From NCBI GenBank assembly GCA_965206745.1, contig OZ242220.1:1216001-1280000 (forward strand): a stretch of 64,000 nucleotides of DNA, given 5' to 3'. Numbering within the stretch: the stretch's first letter is position 1; the number at the start of each line of letters is the position of its first letter. The notes below the pieces were generated by a model. That model was given only the letters and a program-made list of their open reading frames with translations. It was not told the DNA's origin and did not search any database. The stretch is from Nitrosopumilus sp. (GTDB lineage: Archaea; Thermoproteota; Nitrososphaeria; Nitrososphaerales; Nitrosopumilaceae). Below are positions 29,488-39,927 of this stretch, one piece after another. The translations under genes and the position numbers were made by a program.

Positions 29488-29966
29488 TATAAAATATCAT
29501 CCAGTTCAGCCTCTAAAGATTTTGTCTTTTGAAGGTATATTTGGTATTTTTCATCCCATCGCCTGTAAAACAATACCCCAGATATGCCCAGATACAGCAG
29601 ATATGCTGCAACCATAAAGGGTACCAAGACAAGCAACTCCACATAAACTGTCACATCGTACTGAATCATTTCATCCAGGATATAGTCACCTTCCACGTGC
29701 TGTGCAGAACCAGTTGCCATGGTAGAATTTGCCGTGATGCGATCCGACAATATCTCTGTCCTTTCAGACCGGTTCCAATCCTGCCAGACTTCCAAATCAA
29801 ATAACGGATCCCATCCTACAGGTATCGGCGTGAGCAGAAACATTACAAATGTGACATCCAGTGCAAACAAGATTAGTGCGGATCCCATCTGGATATAGTG
29901 ATGTTTTTTACGGGACAACATGTGATCGATTAACATGTCCGCAAATGTTCTAGAATCTTCAGTCAA
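29487..29966 (-). CDS. Two-TM membrane protein, coupled to the wHTH gene
   Basis: Two TM helices flanking an acidic loop; its TAA overlaps the next ATG (TAATG). Confidence 0.7.
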   Translation of the reverse strand: MTEDSRTFADMLIDHMLSRKKHHYIQMGSALILFALDVTFVMFLLTPIPVGWDPLFDLEVWQDWNRSERTEILSDRITANSTMATGSAQHVEGDYILDEMIQYDVTVYVELLVLVPFMVAAYLLYLGISGVLFYRRWDEKYQIYLQKTKSLEAELDDIL

Positions 29967-30011
29967 TGTAGCTTAACATTATAACGCTTGAGCGCTTGCT
30001 TAAATCTATTG

Positions 30012-30039
30012 TGTACAAATTACAACTGTAAATTGTACA
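30012..30039. promoter_or_regulatory. Inverted repeat, putative regulator operator
   Basis: TGTACAAATTACA-AC-TGTAAATTGTACA (13-bp arms, 1 mismatch) next to a TTTAA box of the leftward operon. Confidence 0.55.
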
Positions 30040-30123
30040 TAACGCCTTTTAATCACGACTATATAGGATTACCAACAATGAAAAACACCCCAAAAATGAT
30101 ACTTCGTTCAGGTATCATATATC

Positions 30124-30378
30124 GTGCATGATAAACTCATGCCCTCTTTTTTTTATTTTAGATTAATACTTGGGTTTATCGGTTTAATCATAATTATTTA
30201 TTCCATCATGGTTTTTGGTGGGTTGGTCATTGATATGTATTCTGACGGATCAGGCCCATTTACTAATGATCCTTCCATGGTAATTCCTCTGGCACTTCTT
30301 ATTTTTGGAATTTCTTTCATATCCATAATTTCATTTAAGATGTATTCTAAACTCAAGAGAACCAAGTTTTCCAAATGA
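30124..30378 (+). CDS. Small membrane protein
   Basis: Two TM segments; start uncertain. Confidence 0.5.
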   Translation: MHDKLMPSFFYFRLILGFIGLIIIIYSIMVFGGLVIDMYSDGSGPFTNDPSMVIPLALLIFGISFISIISFKMYSKLKRTKFSK

Positions 30379-30621
30379 AAAATATGGACACTGTTCAATC
30401 TACGGGATCTGCCCAAATTGCTGTAAAGGCGGGACTCGGCAAATTTTAACTAAATTCTGCAAGTCACGCTAGCAAAGGCCCAACACAAGAAGCATAATAA
30501 TTTCACATGAGAGAGCACAGAAAATAACAAGCGTTTATTAGGCCACAATCAGAGGTGAAGAACATAATAATGACGAGTAGGCAATGAGCTTTTTCGTCAT
30601 TGCCAAAGAGTAAAAAATAAC

Positions 30622-31959
30622 ATGACAAAATTTCAAGATTTAGGATTAAGCGACAACATACTGCAAGGAATAAAAGATCAGGGCTTTGAGGAGGCATTTC
30701 CAATTCAAGAAGCAGTAATTCCAGTATTACTTTCAGGAAGGGACGTCGTAGGGCAGGCCCACACAGGTTCTGGAAAAACAGCGGCATTTGCATTATCAAT
30801 GTTGCATGAGATTAAGCCAAAACAAGGAATTCAGGGATTAATCATGGCACCAACAAGAGAGCTTGCCATGCAAATCAGTGAAGAAATCAAAAAATTTGGA
30901 AAACACACCGGGATTAGAACTGCCACAGTTTACGGGGGCCAAGGAATGGGAATTCAACTAGATGCCCTGCACCGAGGAGTTGAGATTATTGTGGCCACAC
31001 CAGGCAGACTCATCGATCATCTCAAAAGGGGTTCAATTGAGCTTAAAGACATCTCCCACATTGTCCTTGATGAAGCAGACACAATGTTAGACATGGGATT
31101 TGTAGATGACATTCAATTTATTTTAGATTTAGCCCCAGAAGACAGGGTGATGTCACTGTTCTCAGCAACGATGCCGACTGAAATTTTAAGGCTGTCTGAA
31201 GACTATCTGAATAATCCAAAACAATTCTTGCTAGATGCAGATGATCTCAGCGGAGAAGGGATAGACCAATCATATTTGGTGATCAAAGACAGAGACAAAT
31301 TCAAGTATCTGATTGATTTCGTAAAGCCAGTCAGGGGGCAGATCATTGTATTTTGTTCAACAAAATACAGAACCAGAGATGTGGCAAAATTCCTCCATCA
31401 GGAAAAATACAATGCGGTATCTATCGAAGGAGACATGTCACAGCATAGAAGAGAGCAGTCAATGGGCAAGTTTAGAAGTGGCAAAGCAGACATTCTCGTC
31501 GCAACAGACGTAGCCTCAAGGGGCATTGATGTTCCCAGAGTGGAGCTAGTAGTAAACTATGACGTGCCAAATCAAGAGCTGGCATACTTTCACAGGATTG
31601 GAAGAACTGCACGAGCAGGTGCAAAGGGAAGAGCAATAACATTTGTCTCATATTCTTCAGTAGGAGATTGGAATTTAATCAAGCGTCAGATCAAAGTTCC
31701 AATTACAGATTTAAATCAGGAGATGGGAATTCAAATATCCATACCAGATCCGCTAAAAAGACAAACGCCATCAAGAAGGTACGGAGGTCAGTCAAGATCT
31801 AATTATTCTAGAGGAGGGCGTTCTGGAGGATACAGGGGATCAAATAGAGGCGGAAACTCCAGAGATGACAGAGGCGGAAGAAAAAGATACGGTAGCAGAG
31901 ATGGCAAAAGCAGCGGTAGCAGCAGTGGTAACAGCTACGGCGGACGCAGTAGATGGTAA
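30622..31959 (+). CDS. DEAD-box RNA helicase
   Basis: AHTGSGKT, PTRELA, TPGR, DEAD, SAT, HRIGRTAR; RGG-rich tail. Confidence 0.97.
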   Translation: MTKFQDLGLSDNILQGIKDQGFEEAFPIQEAVIPVLLSGRDVVGQAHTGSGKTAAFALSMLHEIKPKQGIQGLIMAPTRELAMQISEEIKKFGKHTGIRTATVYGGQGMGIQLDALHRGVEIIVATPGRLIDHLKRGSIELKDISHIVLDEADTMLDMGFVDDIQFILDLAPEDRVMSLFSATMPTEILRLSEDYLNNPKQFLLDADDLSGEGIDQSYLVIKDRDKFKYLIDFVKPVRGQIIVFCSTKYRTRDVAKFLHQEKYNAVSIEGDMSQHRREQSMGKFRSGKADILVATDVASRGIDVPRVELVVNYDVPNQELAYFHRIGRTARAGAKGRAITFVSYSSVGDWNLIKRQIKVPITDLNQEMGIQISIPDPLKRQTPSRRYGGQSRSNYSRGGRSGGYRGSNRGGNSRDDRGGRKRYGSRDGKSSGSSSGNSYGGRSRW

Positions 31960-32006
31960 TGTAAAACTTAAAGACAAGAACTGTGTAATCATATCAAGAT
32001 AAACCG

Positions 32007-32240
32007 ATGCACAAAGGATTCATTCTATTAAATTCCGATTTAGGAGCAGAAGAATACATCGTAGATGAGTTAAAACAGATGCAAAATATCAAAAACGCAT
32101 ATTTGACTTTTGGGGCATATGATGTAATTGCAGAGATTCAAACCCAGAATGAAGATGAGTTTGAAAAAGTGATTGCAACCATTCGAAAACTCTCCAGAGT
32201 AGTCAGCACTATGACTCTAAACGTGATAGTTCCCGAATAA
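32007..32240 (+). CDS. Lrp/AsnC ligand-binding domain protein
   Basis: TFGAYDVIAE...IRKLSRVVSTMTL. Confidence 0.9.
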   Translation: MHKGFILLNSDLGAEEYIVDELKQMQNIKNAYLTFGAYDVIAEIQTQNEDEFEKVIATIRKLSRVVSTMTLNVIVPE

Positions 32241-32273
32241 TTGTTATATCAGTGAATTTAGTATTGTTTTAAA

Positions 32274-32564
32274 TTGCAGAAAATTGATTATGAGGGGAAA
32301 GTTTGGGTGCTAAATTACAACAATCCAGAACCATTATTGGATCATGCCATTCACATGCTAGAAAGACACGGAGTAAAACGGGAAGATATGGAAATTACTG
32401 AAACCCCAATTACAAAGGTGGGCTCAATAGTGGTGGAGATTTGGCCATATGAACTAGTCATCGGAAGAGTCAGGACTACACGAAATGATTCATTTATCAG
32501 CGGTACGGAATTTACGATCGAATTAAAATTAGACGAAGGCGGAAACTATATAGATTATCTTTGA
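32274..32564 (+). CDS. Hypothetical protein
   Basis: 96-aa ORF (TTG start) in an operon-like arrangement. Confidence 0.65.
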   Translation: MQKIDYEGKVWVLNYNNPEPLLDHAIHMLERHGVKREDMEITETPITKVGSIVVEIWPYELVIGRVRTTRNDSFISGTEFTIELKLDEGGNYIDYL

Positions 32565-33250
32565 AAAAAAATAAAATTCAAAACATCACCATTGCTTTAA
32601 TAAGCATCATAGTCATTGGTGTAGTTATTGCATACAATTATTCAGCAGAGCAGACCAGACAGCAGGGATTTCAATTCGGCAACGAACTTGCACTGATTCA
32701 ACAAGATGTTGCAGAATTGCAAAAAAAATTTTACTCTGAAAAAATAAAGTGGGACGAAGGAGACATTACAAAGGAAGGGCTGTTAAAATATTATGAAGGG
32801 CATGTAGAGAAATTTGAGGATGTGATTTCCAGATATGACAAATTATCCGCACCTGAACTGTTTGAAAGTTCAGTGGAATTATTCAAGATATCATCTCAGA
32901 CGCAATTAAAAAGTGACATAGAATACATCAAATGGATTATGTCAGGGGATGAATCAGCAAAAATAAGATCAGATACACAGATTCAAGAAGCATACGAATA
33001 TGAGAACTTGGGATTAGTTGAGTTTCAGTTATCTAAAGCAGGGATGGTAGAGTTTGATCAAGCAGATAAATTTACACCACCAGACAACGTAATCAAGCAG
33101 AAGGTAATTCAAATTTCAGACAAGATGAAAGAGGAATGTGATTTGAAGTTTAAAAATGAAATTGGTGAATTTGACTCAGATAAGATCGAGGTTGAGTGGT
33201 TCGATTGTTTTAACAAGGCTGAAAAATGGAAAAAAGATCATTTGCCTTAA
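32561..33250 (+). CDS. Membrane-anchored helical hypothetical protein
   Basis: N-terminal TM, helical body. Confidence 0.75.
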   Translation: MKKNKIQNITIALISIIVIGVVIAYNYSAEQTRQQGFQFGNELALIQQDVAELQKKFYSEKIKWDEGDITKEGLLKYYEGHVEKFEDVISRYDKLSAPELFESSVELFKISSQTQLKSDIEYIKWIMSGDESAKIRSDTQIQEAYEYENLGLVEFQLSKAGMVEFDQADKFTPPDNVIKQKVIQISDKMKEECDLKFKNEIGEFDSDKIEVEWFDCFNKAEKWKKDHLP

Positions 33251-33258
33251 AAGAGATA

Positions 33259-33717
33259 CTATAACAGACCAGATTTTTGCAACATTTCAAAAGTTTCAAA
33301 GAGTTCTGAGCCTAATGATTTTTGGTCAAGCGGAGTGGGTTTTGAAAATGTTATTTGAAATGATACCGTAAGCATGTCCTGATCAGTATGAGAAATCCTC
33401 ACTGAATGCCATTTATTATTGATTTGCGATAAAAATGATTTCCATTTCTGCAAATGCTCATGAACGCGAGATACTTGGTCCTCTACATTAGCCAGAGTAG
33501 TATTCAAATCAGTGTCAAACAGTCTGAATTTGACAAGAGGGATCATGATCATTCCGCCTGGGACACAATCATGGTTTTGCAACATGGATGAAATAATTTC
33601 TTCTGCATTATTTTTTGAAAAGATATCCCCATAATCAGGATCAAAATACCCTGCAATGAGTTTCTTTGAATCATAAATCCTGAAATAGCCATCATCTGAT
33701 TCTAATTTCCACAACAC
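33259..33717 (-). CDS. Hypothetical protein
   Basis: 152-aa ORF with normal composition. Confidence 0.7.
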   Translation of the reverse strand: MLWKLESDDGYFRIYDSKKLIAGYFDPDYGDIFSKNNAEEIISSMLQNHDCVPGGMIMIPLVKFRLFDTDLNTTLANVEDQVSRVHEHLQKWKSFLSQINNKWHSVRISHTDQDMLTVSFQITFSKPTPLDQKSLGSELFETFEMLQKSGLL

Positions 33718-33948
33718 ATTGAGAACAATCTATCAATAAATAAACGGTTAACTGCCAGATTTCTAGTTCCATGTCAATGTAAATTGAATTTTCATGCCTT
33801 CCAAGATCCAGAGATAAATCTGCAAACAAATGGCGTAAATGTAGACTGGAATCAAAGACTAGCAGTTAAACTCTAGATCTAATTCCACAACTGCATTTAC
33901 ATCATGGCTTGCAACCAAGAAACTACAAAATCACATCATACATTCACA

Positions 33949-34008
33949 TATAGCGACAAGTAAAAGTTCATCGGAGTAGATCTAGTTGTTTACCTTAAGT
34001 GAAAACAG
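33949..34008 (+). repeat. Dispersed repeat copy C
   Basis: TATAGCGACAAGTAAAAGTTCATCGGAGTAGATCTAGTTGTTTACCTTAAGTGAAAACAG, near-identical to copies B and D. Confidence 0.85.
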
Positions 34009-34141
34009 AGATAAACTTTCGATTATGGCCATACATTACAAAGATCAACATATTCTCCATTGTTGCCACACGATAAATAAGAATTCCACGATCTCAAAAT
34101 ATTTTTGTGTTATCGGCTTTTTAGAGAAAGGGATTCTTTTG

Positions 34142-34358
34142 TCAAATAGTAAGCCATTCAAGCCAAGACTTTACAATGGAATTACTTTGATCACGTAGAT
34201 GTTTAGATATCATTATCCTGAGATTTGATTCAAACATTATAGGGATCTTTTCAAATGCAACATTACAGAATCTGCATAACAACAACCCATTAGCAAGGTT
34301 CACAGCATTATTAGCAGCGACATCTTACCTCATTACTACAGTGTCCAGAATCAAGCAT
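34142..34358 (-). pseudogene. HNH endonuclease remnant
   Basis: MLDSGH then (frameshift/stop) NLANGLLLCRFCNVAFEKIPIMFESNLRIMISKHL, like HNH_2 restriction-type nucleases. Confidence 0.55.
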
Positions 34359-34381
34359 CCTAAATATCGAAGATATTAATT

Positions 34382-35221
34382 TCATTTATTCACTAAAACA
34401 TGCATTTCTTTTCGTTTTTTAACTTCATTAATTAAGCAGATCTTTGCAAATGTATTTTCATCAAAATCAATTCCCTTCAATGAGTTTTTCTTAATCATTT
34501 GTGGATATTCACTATATTTTCTTCTATTGATGGTCCTACCTCCAGATTTTGGTCTAAACCCTCCCCACTGCTTGAAAAATACCGGAACCTCTTGTTTTTT
34601 ACATTGTTCAATAATCTCTTCTATCCATTCTTTCTTTACTTTACGAAAATGATGTCCGCTTTCACCGCCGATAATTACCCAATCAATTCCTTTCAAATTC
34701 ACTTTTCCTACCGAATCAAGTAATGGTTCAAAACTAATGAATCGAGTATGGCATTTTACTTTACGTAAATCATTGATTCTAGAAACATATTGTTTGTTTT
34801 CGATACTAGTTCCCATCCACATAAAGTTAGGGATTTTGTGTCCAAAATATTCAAAAAATAAATTAGAAAATTCAGCCATGCGCTTGGGTCGTTTTGTCAA
34901 TATTTGATAATCGTGCCAATCAGCTTGCACCATAGTTGAAAAACATTTGCCGGTGAATTCAAAGGTAGAATTTTCATGAAATAAATCCGACATGCTATTT
35001 ACAAAAATCTTTTTTGGTTTTTTCCAAGTTAGTGGCAAATAGATATCAGAAGGATGTTCAACATATTGAAAATTTTTTTTGTATTTTTGTTGTCCCATTG
35101 CTTTCAATCTCTTAGTCAAAGTTTCTGCATAGCAATTCTTACAGCCTGAAGAAATTTTACTACATCCAGTTGTAGGATTCCAAGTTGCCTCAGTCCATTC
35201 AATTTGAGAGCCGATTGCCAA
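34382..35221 (-). CDS. DUF5131 (Gp37/Gp68-like, radical-SAM-like three-Cys motif) protein
   Basis: IEWTEATWNPTTGCSKISSGCKNCYA (Cx6Cx2C), FVNSMSDLFH, QILTKRP, SFEPLL, WVIIGGESG, FFKQWGG. Confidence 0.93.
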   Translation of the reverse strand: MAIGSQIEWTEATWNPTTGCSKISSGCKNCYAETLTKRLKAMGQQKYKKNFQYVEHPSDIYLPLTWKKPKKIFVNSMSDLFHENSTFEFTGKCFSTMVQADWHDYQILTKRPKRMAEFSNLFFEYFGHKIPNFMWMGTSIENKQYVSRINDLRKVKCHTRFISFEPLLDSVGKVNLKGIDWVIIGGESGHHFRKVKKEWIEEIIEQCKKQEVPVFFKQWGGFRPKSGGRTINRRKYSEYPQMIKKNSLKGIDFDENTFAKICLINEVKKRKEMHVLVNK

Positions 35222-35282
35222 TGATTATTCAGGAAAACAATAATCTTTAAATGTTTAAAACTTGTATTTGTAACCAATTAAA

Positions 35283-36239
35283 ATGTCGCCAAAAATAAAA
35301 CAAGAAGAGTGGATTCGAGATAAATTAAAACAACTTCTAGATATTGGAAGTAAACTACATGATAATGAGGTTAAAAATCAATATGCAGAATATACAGCTT
35401 TAAAATTAATTTCGGTATCATATTATAAAGAAATATTTTTGAGCGTTGTAAAAAAGAATAAAAAAGCTAAAGAGTACTATGACGGAGCAGTTTACATCGA
35501 TCTATTTGCAGGTTCTGGATTAGTTGAATTATCATCTAATAAAGACATCATAGCAGGTTCACCTTTATGCGTACTTTCAAACAATAATGAGAATTTTGAT
35601 TTTGCAATATGTGTAGAAGATAACGAAAAACGAAAAAAAGTATTAGAGAATAGATTAAAAAAAATAATGTCACCAAAGGATTTCAAAGTGATCAAAGGAG
35701 ACTGCAATAAAGTAATAGACGACGTAATACTATCAATTAATGAAAGATTCAAGAACCCCATTGTTTTTACATTTGTAGATCCTGAAGGAATGGAAGTCAA
35801 AATGAAGACATTACAACGCCTTTCAGATGCATTTCCTGCACAAGATTTTATGATAAATGTGGGATCTCAAGGAGTACTTAGAGTTAAAGGGAAATTAGAC
35901 AAAGGAGACATGTCAACAGAAGATACTTGGAATCAATTCTGGGGAGAACATGACGCAAAAGATCTGTTGTCAGAAATTGCTCAAGGAAAAAAAGTAGAAA
36001 AAAAATATCAGGAAAAATTGGATTTGATGTTAGGTAAAAAATTGGGAGAGACAATTCCAATTAAAGGAGTTCCTGGAAATATAGAATATTATATTCTAGC
36101 ATATTCAAGAAAAACAAAAGGGGAAGGAGGATATACAAAAGCATTGACTGCCTTAAAAAATAGGATTGAAAAAGAAGATAAAAAATCAGTAAAAAGAATG
36201 CTAGATGTGATTACTGGAAGAAATCAAACATTAATGTAA
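35283..36239 (+). CDS. Three-Cys-motif partner protein (TcmP-like, methyltransferase fold)
   Basis: YTALKL..Y, YIDLFAGSG, GSPL, GDCN, FVDPEG; adjacent to DUF5131. Confidence 0.85.
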   Translation: MSPKIKQEEWIRDKLKQLLDIGSKLHDNEVKNQYAEYTALKLISVSYYKEIFLSVVKKNKKAKEYYDGAVYIDLFAGSGLVELSSNKDIIAGSPLCVLSNNNENFDFAICVEDNEKRKKVLENRLKKIMSPKDFKVIKGDCNKVIDDVILSINERFKNPIVFTFVDPEGMEVKMKTLQRLSDAFPAQDFMINVGSQGVLRVKGKLDKGDMSTEDTWNQFWGEHDAKDLLSEIAQGKKVEKKYQEKLDLMLGKKLGETIPIKGVPGNIEYYILAYSRKTKGEGGYTKALTALKNRIEKEDKKSVKRMLDVITGRNQTLM

Positions 36240-36469
36240 ACAAACGGACTAAATCGTTATTCTACAATCAAATAACAGAATTAATTATTTTTTGCATCAT
36301 GTAATTACGACATTAATCGTATTCTCAACACAATCAAAAGGTGAGGGATAATGCAGATAAATTAATTGCCAAATAGGAATATTCCAAATAACATCACAAT
36401 TTAGTAGTTAAACAAATTATTGATACCATAGACAATTAAATAAACTAAGAAATTTAACAGATATAGAGA

Positions 36470-36805
36470 ATGACAATTTCCAAGGAAAACAAGGATTTCA
36501 TAGACAGTTTGATCGATTATTACATTAGTGAATCAGAATCGTATAAGCAGATAGCAGGAAACTTTGTTCCCGAGATAGAATCAGTTCCAGATACGGCATT
36601 TGGGATTATTACAGGGTGCGTGTATTCGGGGTTTTTGCAAGCATATCAGAATCAGCAGCAAACACCGAGTTTGGAGGACATGAAGGAATTCAATCAGATA
36701 ATAAAAGACAGAGCCGCATTGATCAAGAAATCCATCATGGATCCTCCAAGTGCCAAGACCATGCAGGATGAGGCAAAAAAAGTACCTGAAAACAAAGATT
36801 TGTAA
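36470..36805 (+). CDS. Conserved hypothetical protein
   Basis: DTAFGIITGCVYSGF pattern typical of thaumarchaeal hypotheticals. Confidence 0.75.
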   Translation: MTISKENKDFIDSLIDYYISESESYKQIAGNFVPEIESVPDTAFGIITGCVYSGFLQAYQNQQQTPSLEDMKEFNQIIKDRAALIKKSIMDPPSAKTMQDEAKKVPENKDL

Positions 36806-36810
36806 TGATG

Positions 36811-36836
36811 AAAATGTGCCCCAAAGGGCACATTTT
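36811..36836. terminator. Perfect hairpin just after the stop codon
   Basis: AAAATGTGCCC-CAAA-GGGCACATTTT (11-bp stem). Confidence 0.4.
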
Positions 36837-37006
36837 GGGGGATTGTTGGGCTGGTCGTATTGTCGCATGTATGCAAATACATCGGGTATGCGATGACAAA
36901 CATAGGCAAATTTCTATTAAAACACTTGCGTAGCAATCATCAGTAAAGCAATTTTAAATAATCAAAAATCAGTACAGTTTAATTCTAACATTTATCAATA
37001 ATAATT

Positions 37007-37099
37007 ATGAATGTTGATGGAAGCAAGATCATCTTTGGGTTGGGGGTAACAGCAGCAGTGGTGACAGCAGTGGTGGCATTGTATTTTTCAATTCGTTAA
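37007..37099 (+). CDS. 30-aa single-TM micropeptide
   Basis: MNVDGSKIIFGLGVTAAVVTAVVALYFSIR, in an AT-rich upstream context. Confidence 0.4.
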   Translation: MNVDGSKIIFGLGVTAAVVTAVVALYFSIR

Positions 37100-37130
37100 A
37101 GATAAATCATCGTAGAAATTAGATGCATCA

Positions 37131-37451
37131 GTGTCGGCTACAAATGAATTTAAAATTACGCAGATAGTGGATAATGGACATATAATCCAACTGACATTAA
37201 TTGAAAATATCTCGACTGAGCCAATTTCACAGCAACAGATGATTATTGAAAATGTTGCCAAAAATCTAGATTCTGAAACAAAAGAGCAAGTGATGCCATT
37301 ATTAGAAGCAATTTTGCAAGCACAGCCCAAAGTGAACATCAAATCATACCAACAGACCCAAATGACAATTACAATGCCAAAATCAAGATATGAGGGTATG
37401 GGAAGGCCTCAAGTTGGAAATGTTATTGCAACAGACCTGAAAAAGATCTAG
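37131..37451 (+). CDS. Hypothetical protein
   Basis: 106-aa ORF ending [13 protein letters not shown]. Confidence 0.7.
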   Translation: MSATNEFKITQIVDNGHIIQLTLIENISTEPISQQQMIIENVAKNLDSETKEQVMPLLEAILQAQPKVNIKSYQQTQMTITMPKSRYEGMGRPQVGNVIATDLKKI

Positions 37452-39475
37452 AGATTTGACTTTACCTCATCAAGAGTATAAAGCGGCAGTGAGCATGTAA
37501 AATCCCTACAAACAAACACGCTGGTCCTATCCTCAAAGGATTTACCAGCAAAGAAAGGATACTCAGACAGAGCATCTAGTTGGGAGGAATTCTGAACTGT
37601 GATTAAGATTGAATTTGGCAGATAATCTAAAAGCAGTGACTGGCATATTTGAGAATTCTCGGTGTTGATAAGGGTGATCTCGACGGGTTTTTGAACATAC
37701 ATTGAAATTGTGTTTAGCAGGTATCCAAATCCAAATGGGTTTTCAGCGGCAACTTGTGCCTGAGATTCCATTATTTTGGTGGTTATCTCAAGAAGAGTCT
37801 TCTCTTGAGAAAGGTGATACAGTCTAAGCATTACAAAAGCAGAAACAGAGTTTCCAGAAGGCAAAGACAGATCATAGTTACTCTTGGGACGAATGATCAG
37901 CTTTTCATGATCATCAGAGGTCATAAAGAAACTGTTATTCTCAGAATCCCAGAAATGATCTACTAGATGTCGTCCAAGATTCAAAGACAGTTTAAGATAC
38001 TTTGAGTCAGGCTCAAGTTCAAAAACATCCAGTAACGCATTGATAAAATAAGAGTAATCCTCCAAATAGCCATCAATTTTTGCAACCCCGTTTTTGTAAG
38101 TTCGTAATAGTTTCTCATCAGCAAAAAGATTCCTTTCTATAAAGGAGATGCAATTCTTTGCAGCATCAAGGTATCGGACATCCCCAGTCACCCCATACCC
38201 CTTGGCAAACGCAGTAATCATCAAAGAGTTCCATGAAACCAAGACTTTATCATCCAGCCCAGGCGGAACTCTGGCAGAGCGGGCTTGGAGCAATCTTTCT
38301 GAGCAGGATTTTAGAATTTCGCGAACTTTGGGTTCAGGCATTTCAAAATTAAAAGATACAGCAGAGATGTCAAGATTGTTACACAAGATATTATTTCCCT
38401 CCCAGTTTCCCCCATCAGTCACATCATAGTATAAGCAGAATAGATCCGCATCACTTCCAAGAATCTCCTTAATTTCGCTTTTCTTCCATACGTAATACTT
38501 TCCCTCTATCCCTTCAGAATCAGCATCATATGCGGAATAAAAACCGCCTTCAGGAGAAGTCATTTCACGTAATACAAAATCAAGTGTTTTTTTTAAAACA
38601 TCCAGGTAGAAGGGATCTTTTGTGATCTGGTATGCTTCAGCATAATTTACAGGGATCAGTGCATTGTCATAAAGCATCTTTTCAAAATGAGGGACCAGCC
38701 ATTTTGCATCTGTAGAATATCTTGAGAATCCGCCTCCAATCTGATCAAAAATTCCTCCATTGGCCATTTTCTTGAGAGTCTTGAGTGCAAATTCATTGAA
38801 TTTTTCCAATCCAGAAAGTTTTGCATACCTAAATAGGAATGATATGTTTGCGGCATTGGGAAACTTTGGTGCAGAGCCAAATCCGCCATATGTCGTATCA
38901 CACAATTGAAACAAGTTCATGGCGGCTTGATCAAGAATGCTTTGCTCTAATTTTGACGGAGTGGAAATTGTTTCAGTTTTGTTTAATGCATCTACGAACT
39001 TTTTAGCAGATGCCTCAATATCCCGTGGTTTTTCTTTCCATGCTTGTGAGAGTTGCCTGCAGATACTTCCAAATCCGGGACGCCCGTAGGAATCCAAAAC
39101 TGGAAAATATGTGCCAACATAAAACGGTTTTTGATCAGGAGTAAGAAAAATGCTCAAAGGCCATCCGCCTTGGCCTGTTGCCATCTGGCAAACTTTTTGA
39201 TAAATATCATCAATGTCAGGTCGTTCTTCCCTATCAACTTTTATGTTGATGAAATTTTCATTCATGAATCTAGCAACTTCCTCATTTTCAAATGATTCGT
39301 GTGCCATCACATGGCACCAATGGCAGGAGCTGTACCCTATGCTTAGAAAGATCGGTTTGTTCTCGTCTTTTGCCTTTTTTAATGAATTGTCATTCCACCC
39401 ATGCCAGTCGACTGGGTTGTGCGCATGTTGCAGCAAATACGGACTGCTTTCATCAATGAGATTATTTTCTACCAC
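37448..39475 (-). CDS. Thioredoxin-domain YyaL/SPATA20 (DUF255) family protein
   Basis: [44 protein letters not shown]. Confidence 0.95.
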   Translation of the reverse strand: MVENNLIDESSPYLLQHAHNPVDWHGWNDNSLKKAKDENKPIFLSIGYSSCHWCHVMAHESFENEEVARFMNENFINIKVDREERPDIDDIYQKVCQMATGQGGWPLSIFLTPDQKPFYVGTYFPVLDSYGRPGFGSICRQLSQAWKEKPRDIEASAKKFVDALNKTETISTPSKLEQSILDQAAMNLFQLCDTTYGGFGSAPKFPNAANISFLFRYAKLSGLEKFNEFALKTLKKMANGGIFDQIGGGFSRYSTDAKWLVPHFEKMLYDNALIPVNYAEAYQITKDPFYLDVLKKTLDFVLREMTSPEGGFYSAYDADSEGIEGKYYVWKKSEIKEILGSDADLFCLYYDVTDGGNWEGNNILCNNLDISAVSFNFEMPEPKVREILKSCSERLLQARSARVPPGLDDKVLVSWNSLMITAFAKGYGVTGDVRYLDAAKNCISFIERNLFADEKLLRTYKNGVAKIDGYLEDYSYFINALLDVFELEPDSKYLKLSLNLGRHLVDHFWDSENNSFFMTSDDHEKLIIRPKSNYDLSLPSGNSVSAFVMLRLYHLSQEKTLLEITTKIMESQAQVAAENPFGFGYLLNTISMYVQKPVEITLINTENSQICQSLLLDYLPNSILITVQNSSQLDALSEYPFFAGKSFEDRTSVFVCRDFTCSLPLYTLDEVKSNL

Positions 39476-39519
39476 AATTTATCAGATTTGTTTGAATATT
39501 TGTACCTAATCAGCACATG

Positions 39520-39759
39520 TCAATTCCAGATTCCCTTTCCCTCAGTTAATTCATAAATTCTGACATTAATTTTTCCCAACAGTTTCACTTTAGATTTGTG
39601 GGCTTTTTTGTCGTGACTGTAATCCTTTTTTTCAACCAGTTCTTGCAATCGTGTTAACTGCTTCAAAGTCAGTTTTTTAAACTCGTGCTTGGAGCTAGTA
39701 ATGAGTTGTAATAGTTTTATCCTTTCACGATCATCATTAGAAATTTCAGCCATGCCCAA
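39520..39759 (-). CDS. Small basic hypothetical protein
   Basis: Lys-rich 79-aa ORF. Confidence 0.65.
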   Translation of the reverse strand: MGMAEISNDDRERIKLLQLITSSKHEFKKLTLKQLTRLQELVEKKDYSHDKKAHKSKVKLLGKINVRIYELTEGKGIWN

Positions 39760-39927
39760 TATTCTTCAATTTTGCAAATAAATCTTAGCCCCAGATCAAG
39801 ATTTGCCTACAGCCTAGGGAGAGCAGAACCACAAGGTTAGCCAGAGAGATGGCAGCTTTGATAACTACAGTATGTTTAATACTAAAAACAGTCCCTATGG
39901 GTTTAAAAAAGACATTTCAAGAGTAGA

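Noticed and set aside
33748-33869. Imperfect inverted repeats TTAACTGC(C/T)AG about 110 bp apart (possible MITE)
   Set aside because: Short and mismatched, with no target-site duplication or second copy seen
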